This document shows positions 1 to 9,729 of a stretch of 64,000 bases of DNA, in pieces. Position numbers and translations under genes: made by a program. The number at the start of each line of letters is the position of its first letter. Position 1 is the stretch's first letter. The DNA comes from an uncultured delta proteobacterium (lineage in GTDB: Bacteria > Desulfobacterota > WTBG01 > CAIYCZ01), in the NCBI GenBank assembly GCA_963803975.1, contig CAWDOY010000005.1:1-64000 (forward strand), read 5' to 3'. The notes beneath the pieces are model-generated. The model ran no database searches. It had not been told where the DNA came from and saw only the letters and a list, made by a program, of their open reading frames with translations.

Positions 1-1610
1 CGCCCTCGGCCATCACGGCGTTCATGATCCGGTCCCGGTCCCATCCACCCTTCAAATGCTCTGGACTGACGAAGACGTAGTACTTGTAATAGGAATGTTG
101 CACAGTCTCCGGCGGTATTGTCACCCGCAACCCCGAAATGCGGGAAAACCCTCCGTCAGGATCGCCGCATTGCGCCTCCTGGCGGCCACCCAGTCCGGCA
201 GCTTTTTCAACTGCACCCTGCCGATCGCTGCCTGCATCTCCGTCATCCGTCCGTTTGTCCCGAAGGATTCATGAAGCCACCGAAATCCGGGGGGATGTTG
301 CCGTTGATAGACGGCATCGTAACTCTTCCCGTGGTCTTTGAACGCCCAGGCCTTTTCCCAGAGGGCATCGTCATCCGTTAAAAGTATGCCCCCTTCGCCA
401 CCCGTGGTCATAATCTTGTCCTGGCAGAAGGAGAAGGCCGCCATACGTCCCAGGCTTCCCGTCGGACGCGGGTAAAGGCGGACGTCGTCCCGTTCGATGG
501 GTGCGCCATCATGGTTCACGGCTTTATCCCGCCCCGGCCACCGGCTATAATATACTGCCCCGTGGCACGGCGCAGTCCTTGATCACCGTAAGACGATATT
601 TCTCGGCAATCTCTATGATCGAGTCCATGTCGCACGGCCACCCCGCCAAGTGAACGGCAATGATCGCCCGCGTTCGGGGGGTGATCGCCTTCCGGATCGA
701 TTCGGCAGTGATGTTCTGGCTGTCCGGATGCACATCTGCAAAAACCGGTTTCGCCCCCCGGAGAGCCACGCAGCTGGCCGAAGCGATAAACGACCGCGGG
801 GTGACAATCACCTCATCCCCAGGGACAATATTCAGGACGCAGAGAGCCAGATCCAGGGCCACCGAACCGTTCACCAGGGCGATGGCATGACGGACTCCAC
901 AGAAGTCTGCAAATTCCTTCTGGAATTTTTCCACCTCCTCGCCCGTCCACTGATTAATTTTCCCGGACCGCAGCACACGGGCAGCGGCAATAATCTCGTC
1001 ATCCTCGAAGTACGGCCAGGCGGCCTTCGCGGGCATGCTATCCGGGGGGACCCAACCGTCCTGCTGGGAGATCATCGCCAACTCCCGTACGAGCTTATCA
1101 ACCTGCGTATAGTCAGAGATAATGGGCACAAGGCGATACTGTTGGAAAAAAAAGGCCCAGATCAATCGGCTGGATAAGATCAGAAAAAAGATAAAAAGCC
1201 ACCCCGCAATCATCGTACTTCGGGGCATAAAGGTTCTTGTGGTGTAAATCCACAACAGATATAAAACAAAATGCCGTCAACACGGATTTGATTACCGCCA
1301 GCATCCGGCCCAAGTAAGGGGTATCCAGGGTTCTCTTGCCGTAGAGCCCAGTCACGACATAGGCAAAAAGGCAACAGACGGTCAGTACGGGGACATTGGC
1401 CAACCAAACCTTGGAGAATATCTCCTGGAAGAAAATCCGAGGCGTTACATTCTCAGTAAAAATCCAGATCCCCACCGTGGTAAGAATCCCCATAAAAAAA
1501 CCCAGGTGGCTCAGGAATAGATCCAGTGTTATCCGCAATACGAGCTCTCTCTCTCTGTAAAATACGTTTTCAGTATTTTCGTCCACCATTTGAGTAGCAT
1601 CATAAATCAC
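1..1610 (-). CDS. DegT/DnrJ/EryC1/StrS PLP-dependent sugar aminotransferase with N-terminal multi-TM domain (frameshifted; runs off window)
   Basis: ORFs 1113..1610, 545..1255 and 121..519 join through indels near 1260, 570 and 130. Motifs NGSVALDLAL, GDEVIVTPRSFIAS, AVHLAGWPCDM, FSFCQDKIMTTGGEGG, GTNGRMTEMQAA. Confidence 0.8.
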
Positions 1611-1690
1611 TCTCTCCCCTTGGGGCTGCTTTCCTTTAGCAATTATTCGGCAATGTGCACCGATCTCAGCCGCGCATGCTGCCCCGCACT

Positions 1691-1847
1691 CTAACAGGTT
1701 GTTGAAAAGTTGTTTTTCCAGGCTGGTTAAAAACTTCCAGATGCAAGGCGCGCGAAATCAAGAGGAATGCGTCGTGCTTTACAGTACGTCGCAATGACGA
1801 AGGATGAGCGCAACGAAGCAGATGGGTGTTTTTCAACAGCCTGCTAA
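1691..1847. mobile_element. MITE-like element (~149 bp) with terminal inverted repeats and CTAA target duplication
   Basis: Left end caggttgttgaaaa (1695-1708), right end ttttcaacagcctg (1830-1843), CTAA on both flanks (1691-1694, 1844-1847). No transposase. Confidence 0.7.
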
Positions 1848-2476
1848 GTAATAGAAGCTGAACAGAAGAGAGATAAAGCCGTAGATTACATTTTGCATAA
1901 AACGTATTAGGGATTCAAGGCCCCGGTAAAGAGCAGCAGGACCAGAATAAAAAAACCGTATGGTTCGAGCCGCGCCAGGTTTGTGAGCCTCTTGCGGCAG
2001 CAGGCTCATGAGGATTTTTGATTCTGTCAAGCGGCGGTATGGGAATTAGATTGAAAGGCCCCTAAGATGATATTGATGCGCACCAGTATCGTCAGCGGGG
2101 TGGAAAAAGCCGGGCTGGCACTCACCTCTTCAAACTGCAGCAAAAAAAGCGCGATGATCGCGATCAGTATGTTTGCCGCGCACCCTGCCAGTGAAACGCT
2201 CATCAGCGCGAGCCGGGAGTTTCCCAGTTTATAGTAATTTACCGGCACCGGTTTTGCCCAGCCGAACCCCACAATAAAAAGCATGAGCAGGCCCACCGGA
2301 TCAATGTGGGAGGCCGGGTTAAGCGTTAACCGGCCGTAATGTTTCGCCGTGTCATCTCCAAACAGGTTAGCCACCCATCCGTGCGCAACCTCGTGGGCAA
2401 TAACAGAATAGAGAAGCAATACAGCCAATACCAGAAACATACCCGGATTGCTGAACAGAAGAGAAATCAACCCCAT
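1833..2476 (-). CDS. Site-2 protease, M50 family (frameshifted 3' part)
   Basis: HEVAH motif, GRLTLNP, FGWAKPVPVN; FNLIPIPPLD appears in a shifted frame near 2050. Confidence 0.85.
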
Positions 2477-2679
2477 GCCACAACTCCTTTTTCCATGCTA
2501 ACTGACTGCTTTGTATGATTCACGCTTGTCAATTCTTCCATTTAACAGTAATCTAATATCTTCTGATGTGCAAGTGCATGGTTTGTTTTCATCCTCTTGC
2601 GTGTTAGCGTATATGTCTAACTGTTGCCGGCAGCAGCCTGCGGCCTGTTTACCAGCCAACCATTCAAGGAGATACCAGC

Positions 2680-3438
2680 GTGACAGCAGAAACTGATTTT
2701 TCATTTCCGAAAGAAGAATACCGCGCTTTGCTCAAAGCCTTCTACACTGAGATAAACGGCCCCGAATCCTTTGAGCCGTTGCTTGAATGGCAGGGAGAAA
2801 ACTGGTCATCCCGGGTTCTGCGCTCGCGGGGCGCGGTGCTTGAAAAAGCCGGATTCACCACCGTGAACATTGCAAACGGCATTGTCAATGACAGCCCCGG
2901 CAGTATCCGGCTGTTTGAAACGCTCGCCTATCCCGCCAGCCCCTGCATACCCGGCCTCATTATTATGACCAACATGAACAGGTCTGACGCCATGGGCGAA
3001 ATGGTAGTGTTCTACACTGACCTGATCATACAGGACGGCAGGGCCCATGTCGAGGAAAAGCAGCTTTTTTCCGCTGCCCTCAAGGCAATCTGCGACCGGC
3101 ACGGCAGAAGCTTCGAAGAATATAATGCTTTCGGGGCGGGCCAGGGCATACTGGGGGGCAATGCAGCAGAATGCGGGTTCCTGAACTTTTTTACAGAGGA
3201 GGACATTTCATTTTTAGATGACGTCATACATGGCGTTCTGCCTGCGTACCGCGCTATACTTACTAAGACTCCCGGCCCGCAGGCCACGCAGGACGATTTT
3301 ACGTCTATGTACCGGTCCCGGGCGCGGTTTGTTGAATGGTTTATTACGGAGAACATCGGCCACAGAATCGCTAAAGCAAATAACATCCCGCTTGAGACTA
3401 TTGAGGCCTACGGCTTCCCTCCGGTAATTAAATACTGA
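2680..3438 (+). CDS. Coproporphyrinogen III oxidase (HemF)-like protein, divergent
   Basis: SRVLRSRGAVLEKAG, RARFVEW and C-terminal FPPVIKY echo HemF motifs. AGGAG precedes the GTG start. Confidence 0.55.
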   Translation: MTAETDFSFPKEEYRALLKAFYTEINGPESFEPLLEWQGENWSSRVLRSRGAVLEKAGFTTVNIANGIVNDSPGSIRLFETLAYPASPCIPGLIIMTNMNRSDAMGEMVVFYTDLIIQDGRAHVEEKQLFSAALKAICDRHGRSFEEYNAFGAGQGILGGNAAECGFLNFFTEEDISFLDDVIHGVLPAYRAILTKTPGPQATQDDFTSMYRSRARFVEWFITENIGHRIAKANNIPLETIEAYGFPPVIKY

Positions 3439-3524
3439 TGCGCTGTTTTTTTTCGAGGATACTACTTGTCACTGCCGGCACTTTCTGATAGATTCGGCAA
3501 AACTGCGGCGCGGATAATAAAAAA

Positions 3525-3772
3525 ACCACAGAGGGCACCGAGGATATTCTCTGTGGTCTCTAAAAGAATGAACGGCAATGAAACACTCTCCGCTGTTCTA
3601 CAGCATAGAGGGGGTAGTGATACAAAAACTCTTGAACACGGTTGGAAGAAAAGGTAGTGTGTTGTATATAATGTACCGGGAAAAGGGAATACTTTAGAGG
3701 ACACAGAGGGGCAGCATAAAAACATCTGATAGCTGCCGGCTTTTTGTCTTTTCTCTGTGTACTCAGTGGTTA
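3525..3772. repeat. ACCACAGAG/CTCTGTGGT-type intergenic palindromic repeats
   Basis: accacagag (3525-3533) pairs with ctctgtggt (3549-3557); a second pair is gaggacacagag / tctctgtgtactcagtggtt. Confidence 0.45.
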
Positions 3773-3810
3773 ATTTTTAACAATACGACATCCAGCATAA
3801 GGAGACAAAA

Positions 3811-3918
3811 ATGAGCAAAGGCATGATCACTAAGAAGTCATCCAAGAAGGAACCGACCAAAACCTTGAAGGAAAAAAGGGCCGCGAAGCAGCTCAAGAAG
3901 GAAGAAAAGAATCGTTAG
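3811..3918 (+). CDS. Small lysine-rich protein (35 aa, MSKGMITKKSSKKEPTKTLKEKRAAKQLKKEEKNR)
   Basis: Strong RBS taaggag shortly before the ATG; clean ORF below the ORF-track cutoff. Confidence 0.7.
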   Translation: MSKGMITKKSSKKEPTKTLKEKRAAKQLKKEEKNR

Positions 3919-4031
3919 CAGGTGCGTTTAAACCACCCGTAACATTAAAAATCTCCACATTGATGCTGTCATAATGCGACGGTGTGGTGCCGGGAAGACG
4001 TGTATCTCAAAGCAAAAGGGTATGCAGAAAC

Positions 4032-4148
4032 ATGTGCATGCTGTTTTCCCGTCTCCGCCTGCGGGATGTTGAATTTAAAGATCGCATCTTTCTCTCGCCC
4101 CTGTGCCAGTATTCCAGTGAAGATGGTCTGCCGACCGAGTGGCTGGTA
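4032..4148 (+). pseudogene. N-terminal remnant of an Old Yellow Enzyme (NADH:flavin oxidoreductase, NamA-like)
   Basis: MLFSRLRLRDVEFKDRIFLSPLCQYSSEDGLPTEW resembles the OYE N-terminus (NRI..SPMCQYS..DG..T.WH); similarity ends after ~37 aa. Confidence 0.6.
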
Positions 4149-4162
4149 TACTCTCTATTTGT

Positions 4163-4462
4163 TTATTTCGATTCGTCATCGTTCAGTGACTCGGATGGGG
4201 TGGTATCTTTTAAAGCCTTTGATGACTCAGATGGAGTAGTGTCCTTTAATGCTTTGGATGATTCAGACGGGGTGGTGTCTTTTAATTCTTTTGATGATTC
4301 AGACGGGGTGCTGTCTTTTAATGCATTCGGGTTCGATGGCGGTGAATCGCTGTTTAATGACTCTCCTTCCAGGGCCAGGGCCACTCTTGTTTGAGGAGAC
4401 ACACTGCCGGCAAAGAATAGCAGGAAGACAATAATCATTACTTTATACATACTATTTTTCAT
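4163..4462 (-). CDS. Small secreted protein with 12-aa tandem repeats (LKDTTPSESSKA)
   Basis: GGAGG RBS, hydrophobic signal peptide, 36-bp repeats varying mostly at synonymous sites. Confidence 0.65.
   Translation of the reverse strand: MKNSMYKVMIIVFLLFFAGSVSPQTRVALALEGESLNSDSPPSNPNALKDSTPSESSKELKDTTPSESSKALKDTTPSESSKALKDTTPSESLNDDESK
4178..4357. repeat. 36-bp coding tandem repeat (4-5 units)
   Basis: tttaa recurs with period 36 (ending 4213, 4249, 4285, 4321, 4357). Confidence 0.8.
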
Positions 4463-4621
4463 AGCGTTACCTCCATTGCTGGGCATTATCTTAACCTCTA
4501 CACGCATTATGAAACATTAGAAGCGCAAAGTAAAGTTTTTCAAGGCGTGATTATTGCCCTGCGGGACGCTGTCGTCTGAAGAGTGCCTGCCAATGGGGCT
4601 GGTGAACTATTTTGAAAACAG

Positions 4622-7070
4622 CTATTTCATTTCTTTATTGGTAACGACCCGGTAACTCCTGCCATCAGTCTCCACCTGTATTGCCCCGTGTTTATCTGTC
4701 TGAAATATTTTTGCCCCTGCCTTTTGATATTCAGCTAAAATTTCAGGGTTGGGAAACGTGAGGGTGCCATACGACCGGCAGCTGAAAACCGCGACCTCCG
4801 GGGAAACGCATTTTATAAACTCCGCTGAACTGGTATTCAATCCGCCATGGTGCGGCGCTTTTATCACGGCAGCAGCGAGCGGGCCCCGCCGTGCAATTAG
4901 CTGCTGCTCTGTTTCCTGCAGGATATCTCCGCAGAACAGCACGCTCACCCTGTTGAAAGTGAGCTTCATCACCAGGGAGTTGTTGTTGGTGTCTGACTGG
5001 CTGCTGCCGCTGGAGTTTATGGCGCCCCGTACCGGGCTGAGAAAATCAATGAGCACCCCGTCGACAGTTTTTTGCGCAGACTGCTGCGAACAGACTACTT
5101 TTGCAATGTCATTATTTTCAGCTGCCTTCAGCAACCGCTGATACGATTCAAAAAAGCCCCGCTCGCCATTGAGCCACAGCTCCTGCACCTTGAAATTCTC
5201 GGCTATATACGGCAGCCCGCCGGCATGGTCCTTGTGCGGATGGCTGAGCACAGAGGAAATCAACGCGCCGTATTCCCCGGTAATAGAGAAACGGTGCAAT
5301 GACCGTTTCTCCCATATCAATGCTTTCATCCATGAACCCGCCGCCGTCAATGAGCATGGTATGGCCGCCGGGGAATTCAACCAGTGCGCAGTCTCCGGCC
5401 CCCACGTCAAGGAAGGTGACGTTGAGTGTGCCCCTGCCCTGCCGGTCATACCTGTAAAGTCCCGCCTCTATAAGAACCAGGCTGCATACACCTATAATAA
5501 AATAGCGCAGCAGCTTCTTCTCCACGCAATAGGAAAAACTAAAGACCAGCAGGTAGAAGGCTGCCAGCTCCCACAGGTGCGGCGTTGAAAGTTTAAGATC
5601 TCCGACGGGAATGCGTGACCATGCGGATGTGCAGTTGAGACATATATCGGTTAAAAATCCGGCAGCGCTGAATAACGGGGTGCTTAAGCCCGTGCTTATA
5701 AACACGGCGCCTGCTGCAAGCAGCGCCAGGGGGACGATGAGAAAGGTTACGAAGGGGATCATAATAATATTGGTAATGAAACCTGCACATGAGAAGTAGT
5801 GGAAGGTCATGGCAACGAGCGGCGCTGTGCCCAGAATTGCTGCTGCTGAAGAAAGAAGTGAGTCACGGAACATGCGCCGGCATCTTTCCAGAAAAAGATT
5901 TCTCTGCTCAAAGGGGTCCGGCTCTTTTTCCGGGAAAAGTGCCTGCCAGCGGGGAACAAGAATAATGATTGCCAGCACCGCGCTGAACGAAAGCTGAAAT
6001 GAGAGATCAAACAGGGACGCCGGCATGCAGACGAGCGTTATGAATGCCGCGAGGAACAGGGTGTGGAGCAGGTCTTCCCGCCGTCCCAGAAGAAGCGCGA
6101 CCAGGTAGCATATGACCATAATGGCTGAGCGCAGCGTGGGAATGTTAAACCCGGCAATACAGCAGTACAGGAGCACCGGGAATATCGAGAAAAAGAGCGC
6201 CAGCTTGAAAGCATTGACATAAAGCAGCATGCGGGAATACAGGCGAAAAAGGGACATGAACACAAAATATGAAAGCAGCGCAAACATGCTCACATGAAGC
6301 CCTGATATGGAGAGCAGATGCGACAGGCCGAGGCGCGAGAACTGCTCCCGTATGTCATCCGGTATGGTATCCTGCTCTCCTATGATGAGCGCCTTGAGAA
6401 CATCCCGCGACGGCGACGGCAGGGTTGCGTTCAGTTCATCTCTGATGCGGTCACGCATGCGCTCGACGAAAAGCAGAAACCGGCTGCCCTCCCCGGTCCG
6501 TATCGTTATAATGCCCCGGTCATCCTCGAGGAACGAAGTGGCGGCAATACCGCGATAGGCAAGATAGCGCACATAATCAAACCCGCCCGGGTTTTGAAAA
6601 TTCCGGGGCAGCCTGAGGGCGCAGAAAAATCTGATCCGGTCGCCATAGTGAAAACGGGTGCTCAGGCTTTTTATAGAGAGCAGTACCCGCCCGGTGAGCG
6701 CATACGAGCGCTCCCGTTCATGTATGTGGGTAACCGTGACATACAGCCTGGTGCGCGCGTCGGTGACTGCGGGGGTGCTGTCGATAACACCTTCCACGTT
6801 TACCCGTTGGCTGCCGGCATATTTCATGATATCTGATTGCAGGAGTACCGCTGGGGTATCAGGATAGAGCATAATAAATCCCAGAAGCAGGAATAAACCG
6901 AGTGCAGGGATGGTGGCAGGGATTCTTTTGCCGGCTATTACAGCGGCAAGGAATAAAACGAAGCTGAGGCCGCAGAGGAAAAGAACGGATCGCAGCGCTA
7001 AGATTTCATAATGCGCGGCAAGCAGGCCAAAGGCATAACAGATGACGATGGGAATAAGCGGCCGTTTCAT
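4622..7070 (-). CDS. comEC: DNA internalization competence protein ComEC/Rec2 (frameshift ~5250)
   Basis: NPGGFDY, HLLSISGLHV, SFQLSF, FLDVGAGD, LIDGGG, SHPHKDHAGG, NNNSLV, KAPHHG, TDKHGAI. Confidence 0.93.
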
Positions 7071-7165
7071 CCGTCTTGATATCCATCTGCTGATTATGGT
7101 ATGTTTTTTCTACTTCATGCTTCTCTAACATAAACACGCGGAAAAGGAAATCCACAAGAACCGTC

Positions 7166-7983
7166 ATGAGTATTAGAATCCTCATCTACTACCATACAGC
7201 CACCGGCAATACCGGCTGGCTCACCGGGGAGATCGCGCGCCGGCTGAGAGAAAAGGGGTGTGACGTAACGCTGCGCAACATCGCGCACCAGCGGGATACC
7301 TCTGATTGAGAGCTATGACCTCACCGGGTTTGGCTGCCCGGTGATGGGCTTCAGGCCGACCTTTTCCATGACTGACTTTATTGACAAACTGCCGGCGCAG
7401 CAGGGAAAAGCTGCGTTTATCTATGTGACGTGTGCCGGTATATGCGCCAGCAGCCTGTGGATACTGTCACAACTGCTCGGCGAAAAAGGCTATGGAGTGA
7501 TTGCCGCGGAGCAATTCCGCGGAGAGGTCAGCTGGCCGGTGGCACGCGTGCCCGGTATTATCCCGGACAAAGGACGGCCCGATGAGCGGGATCTTCAAGC
7601 AATCATGCAATTCAGCGCGTGTCTCTATGACGCAGTAAAACGCCGAGTGGAGAAAGGCCCGGCCGCACCTTTTGCTGTTCCCTTTGCATTCTTCAATCCG
7701 TTTTCCTACCTGGGCCGGACAAACAAGGCAGCATACCTGCGCTCCATCATGGGCACGAAGAAGGTGGACCAGTCGCGCTGCAACCGCTGCGGCCTGTGCG
7801 AGAAATACTGCGGCAGCAGGGCCATCTCCCTTGACCCCTGGCCTGTGTTCAGTGACGCCTGCTGCGGCTGCTGGGGCTGCTACAGCATCTGCCCGCAGCA
7901 AGGCTATCTCCACGTTTATTGCGCCGAAATGGCAATATAATACAAAGGCAAACTATCTCGATGCTCTTGCAGCAGGTGATTAA
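7166..7983 (+). CDS. EFR1-type flavodoxin + 2x[4Fe-4S] ferredoxin protein (frameshifts ~7310, ~7900)
   Basis: N-terminus IYYHTATGNT..L (from 7166), GFGCPV, CNRCGLCEKYC and CCGCWGCYSICP. Confidence 0.8.
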
Positions 7984-8005
7984 AAACGGTGATTGCAGCA
8001 CGCTT

Positions 8006-9076
8006 ATGAAAAGCACCCGGACTATAGATACCGCGTTAGTGCCGCAGATAAAAAAGCGCATTGAAAAAACCCTTGGCATATATATGCGGGAGATTGAACG
8101 GCTCTACGGCCTCAGCTCGTTCTCGCCCGTGCTCTGCAACAGCATCCGGGATTTTGTCCTGCGTGACGGCAAGCGCATCCGGCCGATTCTTTTTATTATC
8201 GGCTACTCAGGATTCGCTAAAAAAGCCGTTCCCGGCCTCTTCACCTGTGCCCTGTCATTTGAGCTGCTCCATGATTTCACCCTGATACATGACGACATTA
8301 TCGACAAGGCGGACATGCGCAGGGGTAAACCCTCGGTGCATACCATTCTCAACACGTATCTGCACCCGTATAAAAAGATAAAATTCAACGGGCAGGACCT
8401 GGCCCTGGTTATCGGCGATATCCTCTATGCCATTGCCATACAGGCCTTTCTTGCTATCAGGGAAAACACCCGAAGAAAAGAGCAGGCACTGAAAAAATTC
8501 ATTGAAACCGCCATCTACACCGGGGCCGGCGAATTCGGCGAACTGCTCTACGGTATCGAGGATATTGAAAAAATAACCAAGCAGGGCATCTACCGCATCT
8601 ATGACTTTAAAACCGCCTACTACTCGTTCGCTGCGCCGCTCATTACCGGCGCCACGCTGGCAGGAGCGCGGATCGAAGAGGTAAACCGGCTTTCTCAATA
8701 CGGCGTGTACCTGGGAAGGGCCTTTCAGATAAAAGACGATATTGCCGGCATGTTCGGGGATGAAGCAGCTATCGGCAAGTCAATACTCACCGATCTGCAG
8801 GAAGGGAAAAAGACGATTCTCGTTTGGTATGCCTATCGCCACGCAACGGAGCGTGACCGGCGCATCATCAAAAGGATTCTCGCGCAGCAGCGCATCCGCA
8901 CCGCTGACCTTTTGACCATGCGCAGGATTGTCACTGCTTCACGGGCCCTTGCGTTTGCAGAGAAGGAAATTTCTTCGCTGTTGCATAACGCCCGGCGCAT
9001 AACAGCAGAGCTCGCTATGAAGCAGAGTTTCAAGACAGTTCTCAACGCCTATTCTTCTGCGCTGCTCCAGGGGTAG
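8006..9076 (+). CDS. crtE: Geranylgeranyl diphosphate synthase (polyprenyl synthetase, IdsA/CrtE-like)
   Basis: GKRIRP, FTLIHDDIID..RRG, KTAYYSF, FQIKDD, DLQEGKKT; carotenoid gene context. Confidence 0.85.
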   Translation: MKSTRTIDTALVPQIKKRIEKTLGIYMREIERLYGLSSFSPVLCNSIRDFVLRDGKRIRPILFIIGYSGFAKKAVPGLFTCALSFELLHDFTLIHDDIIDKADMRRGKPSVHTILNTYLHPYKKIKFNGQDLALVIGDILYAIAIQAFLAIRENTRRKEQALKKFIETAIYTGAGEFGELLYGIEDIEKITKQGIYRIYDFKTAYYSFAAPLITGATLAGARIEEVNRLSQYGVYLGRAFQIKDDIAGMFGDEAAIGKSILTDLQEGKKTILVWYAYRHATERDRRIIKRILAQQRIRTADLLTMRRIVTASRALAFAEKEISSLLHNARRITAELAMKQSFKTVLNAYSSALLQG

Positions 9077-9368
9077 CGCGGTCCTTTTCCTTGAAATATT
9101 CCCAGAAGATGATGCTCATGGTGACCATGCTGAAGCCGAACAGAAAATCTTCCAGGGGGATGGTGCCGATCCGGTAGCCAAGGAACTGCTGCGGGTTATA
9201 CATGACGATCCAGCTCGTCAGATAGCCGTTAACAAAAAACTTGAAACAGAGAATGATGGCAAAAAAGAGATAGAATATCTTCCTGCGCAGCACGTCTATG
9301 CCGCTTATCCGGTCAAGCAGGATTGTTATGATTACTGAAAAACAGGCGAGCAGGGTGTACTCTTTCAT
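9042..9368 (-). CDS. crtYd: Heterodimeric lycopene beta-cyclase subunit (CrtYd-like)
   Basis: Small hydrophobic protein with GYRIGTIPLEDFLFGF motif. Confidence 0.8.
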   Translation of the reverse strand: MKEYTLLACFSVIITILLDRISGIDVLRRKIFYLFFAIILCFKFFVNGYLTSWIVMYNPQQFLGYRIGTIPLEDFLFGFSMVTMSIIFWEYFKEKDRATPGAAQKNRR

Positions 9369-9673
9369 GACCTTTTTTTGCCAAGGTAATTGACAACCTC
9401 CCAGGTGAAGATGCAGCAGAAGGGAATGACCACAAAAAAAAGTCCTTCCTCGACCGGCATGTTAAAAATGCGGGCTTGCCAGACTCCTTCCGGGTTAAAC
9501 CACCAGTGCCCCCGGTAAATGGCAACCACATCCCACAGCCAGAAGAGTATAACTATCAGGGTAATGCTGTACAGAAGCGCTTTTATATTGCGATAAAAGC
9601 GCAGCGGCGGCCAGAAGCTGGCGAGCACTGGTATGATGCCGGAAATGATAAGGACATACATATAGGCTGACAT
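9365..9673 (-). CDS. crtYc: Heterodimeric lycopene beta-cyclase subunit (CrtYc-like)
   Basis: WDVVAIYRGHWWFN and MPVEEGLFF motifs; ATGA overlap with the partner gene. Confidence 0.8.
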   Translation of the reverse strand: MSAYMYVLIISGIIPVLASFWPPLRFYRNIKALLYSITLIVILFWLWDVVAIYRGHWWFNPEGVWQARIFNMPVEEGLFFVVIPFCCIFTWEVVNYLGKKRS

Positions 9674-9729
9674 AGTGTATTTATTGTATATTGTTCACTC
9701 AGCATGTTCAACAAAAACCTGATAAAAAC

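Noticed and set aside
4178..4357. 36-bp periodic repeat as a CRISPR array
   Set aside because: Units are contiguous without unique spacers, vary at codon third positions, and no cas genes are present.
3984..4394. 136-aa plus-strand ORF with DDSDGVVSF repeats
   Set aside because: Chimera of the OYE remnant and the antisense of the repeat gene, which has the RBS and signal peptide.
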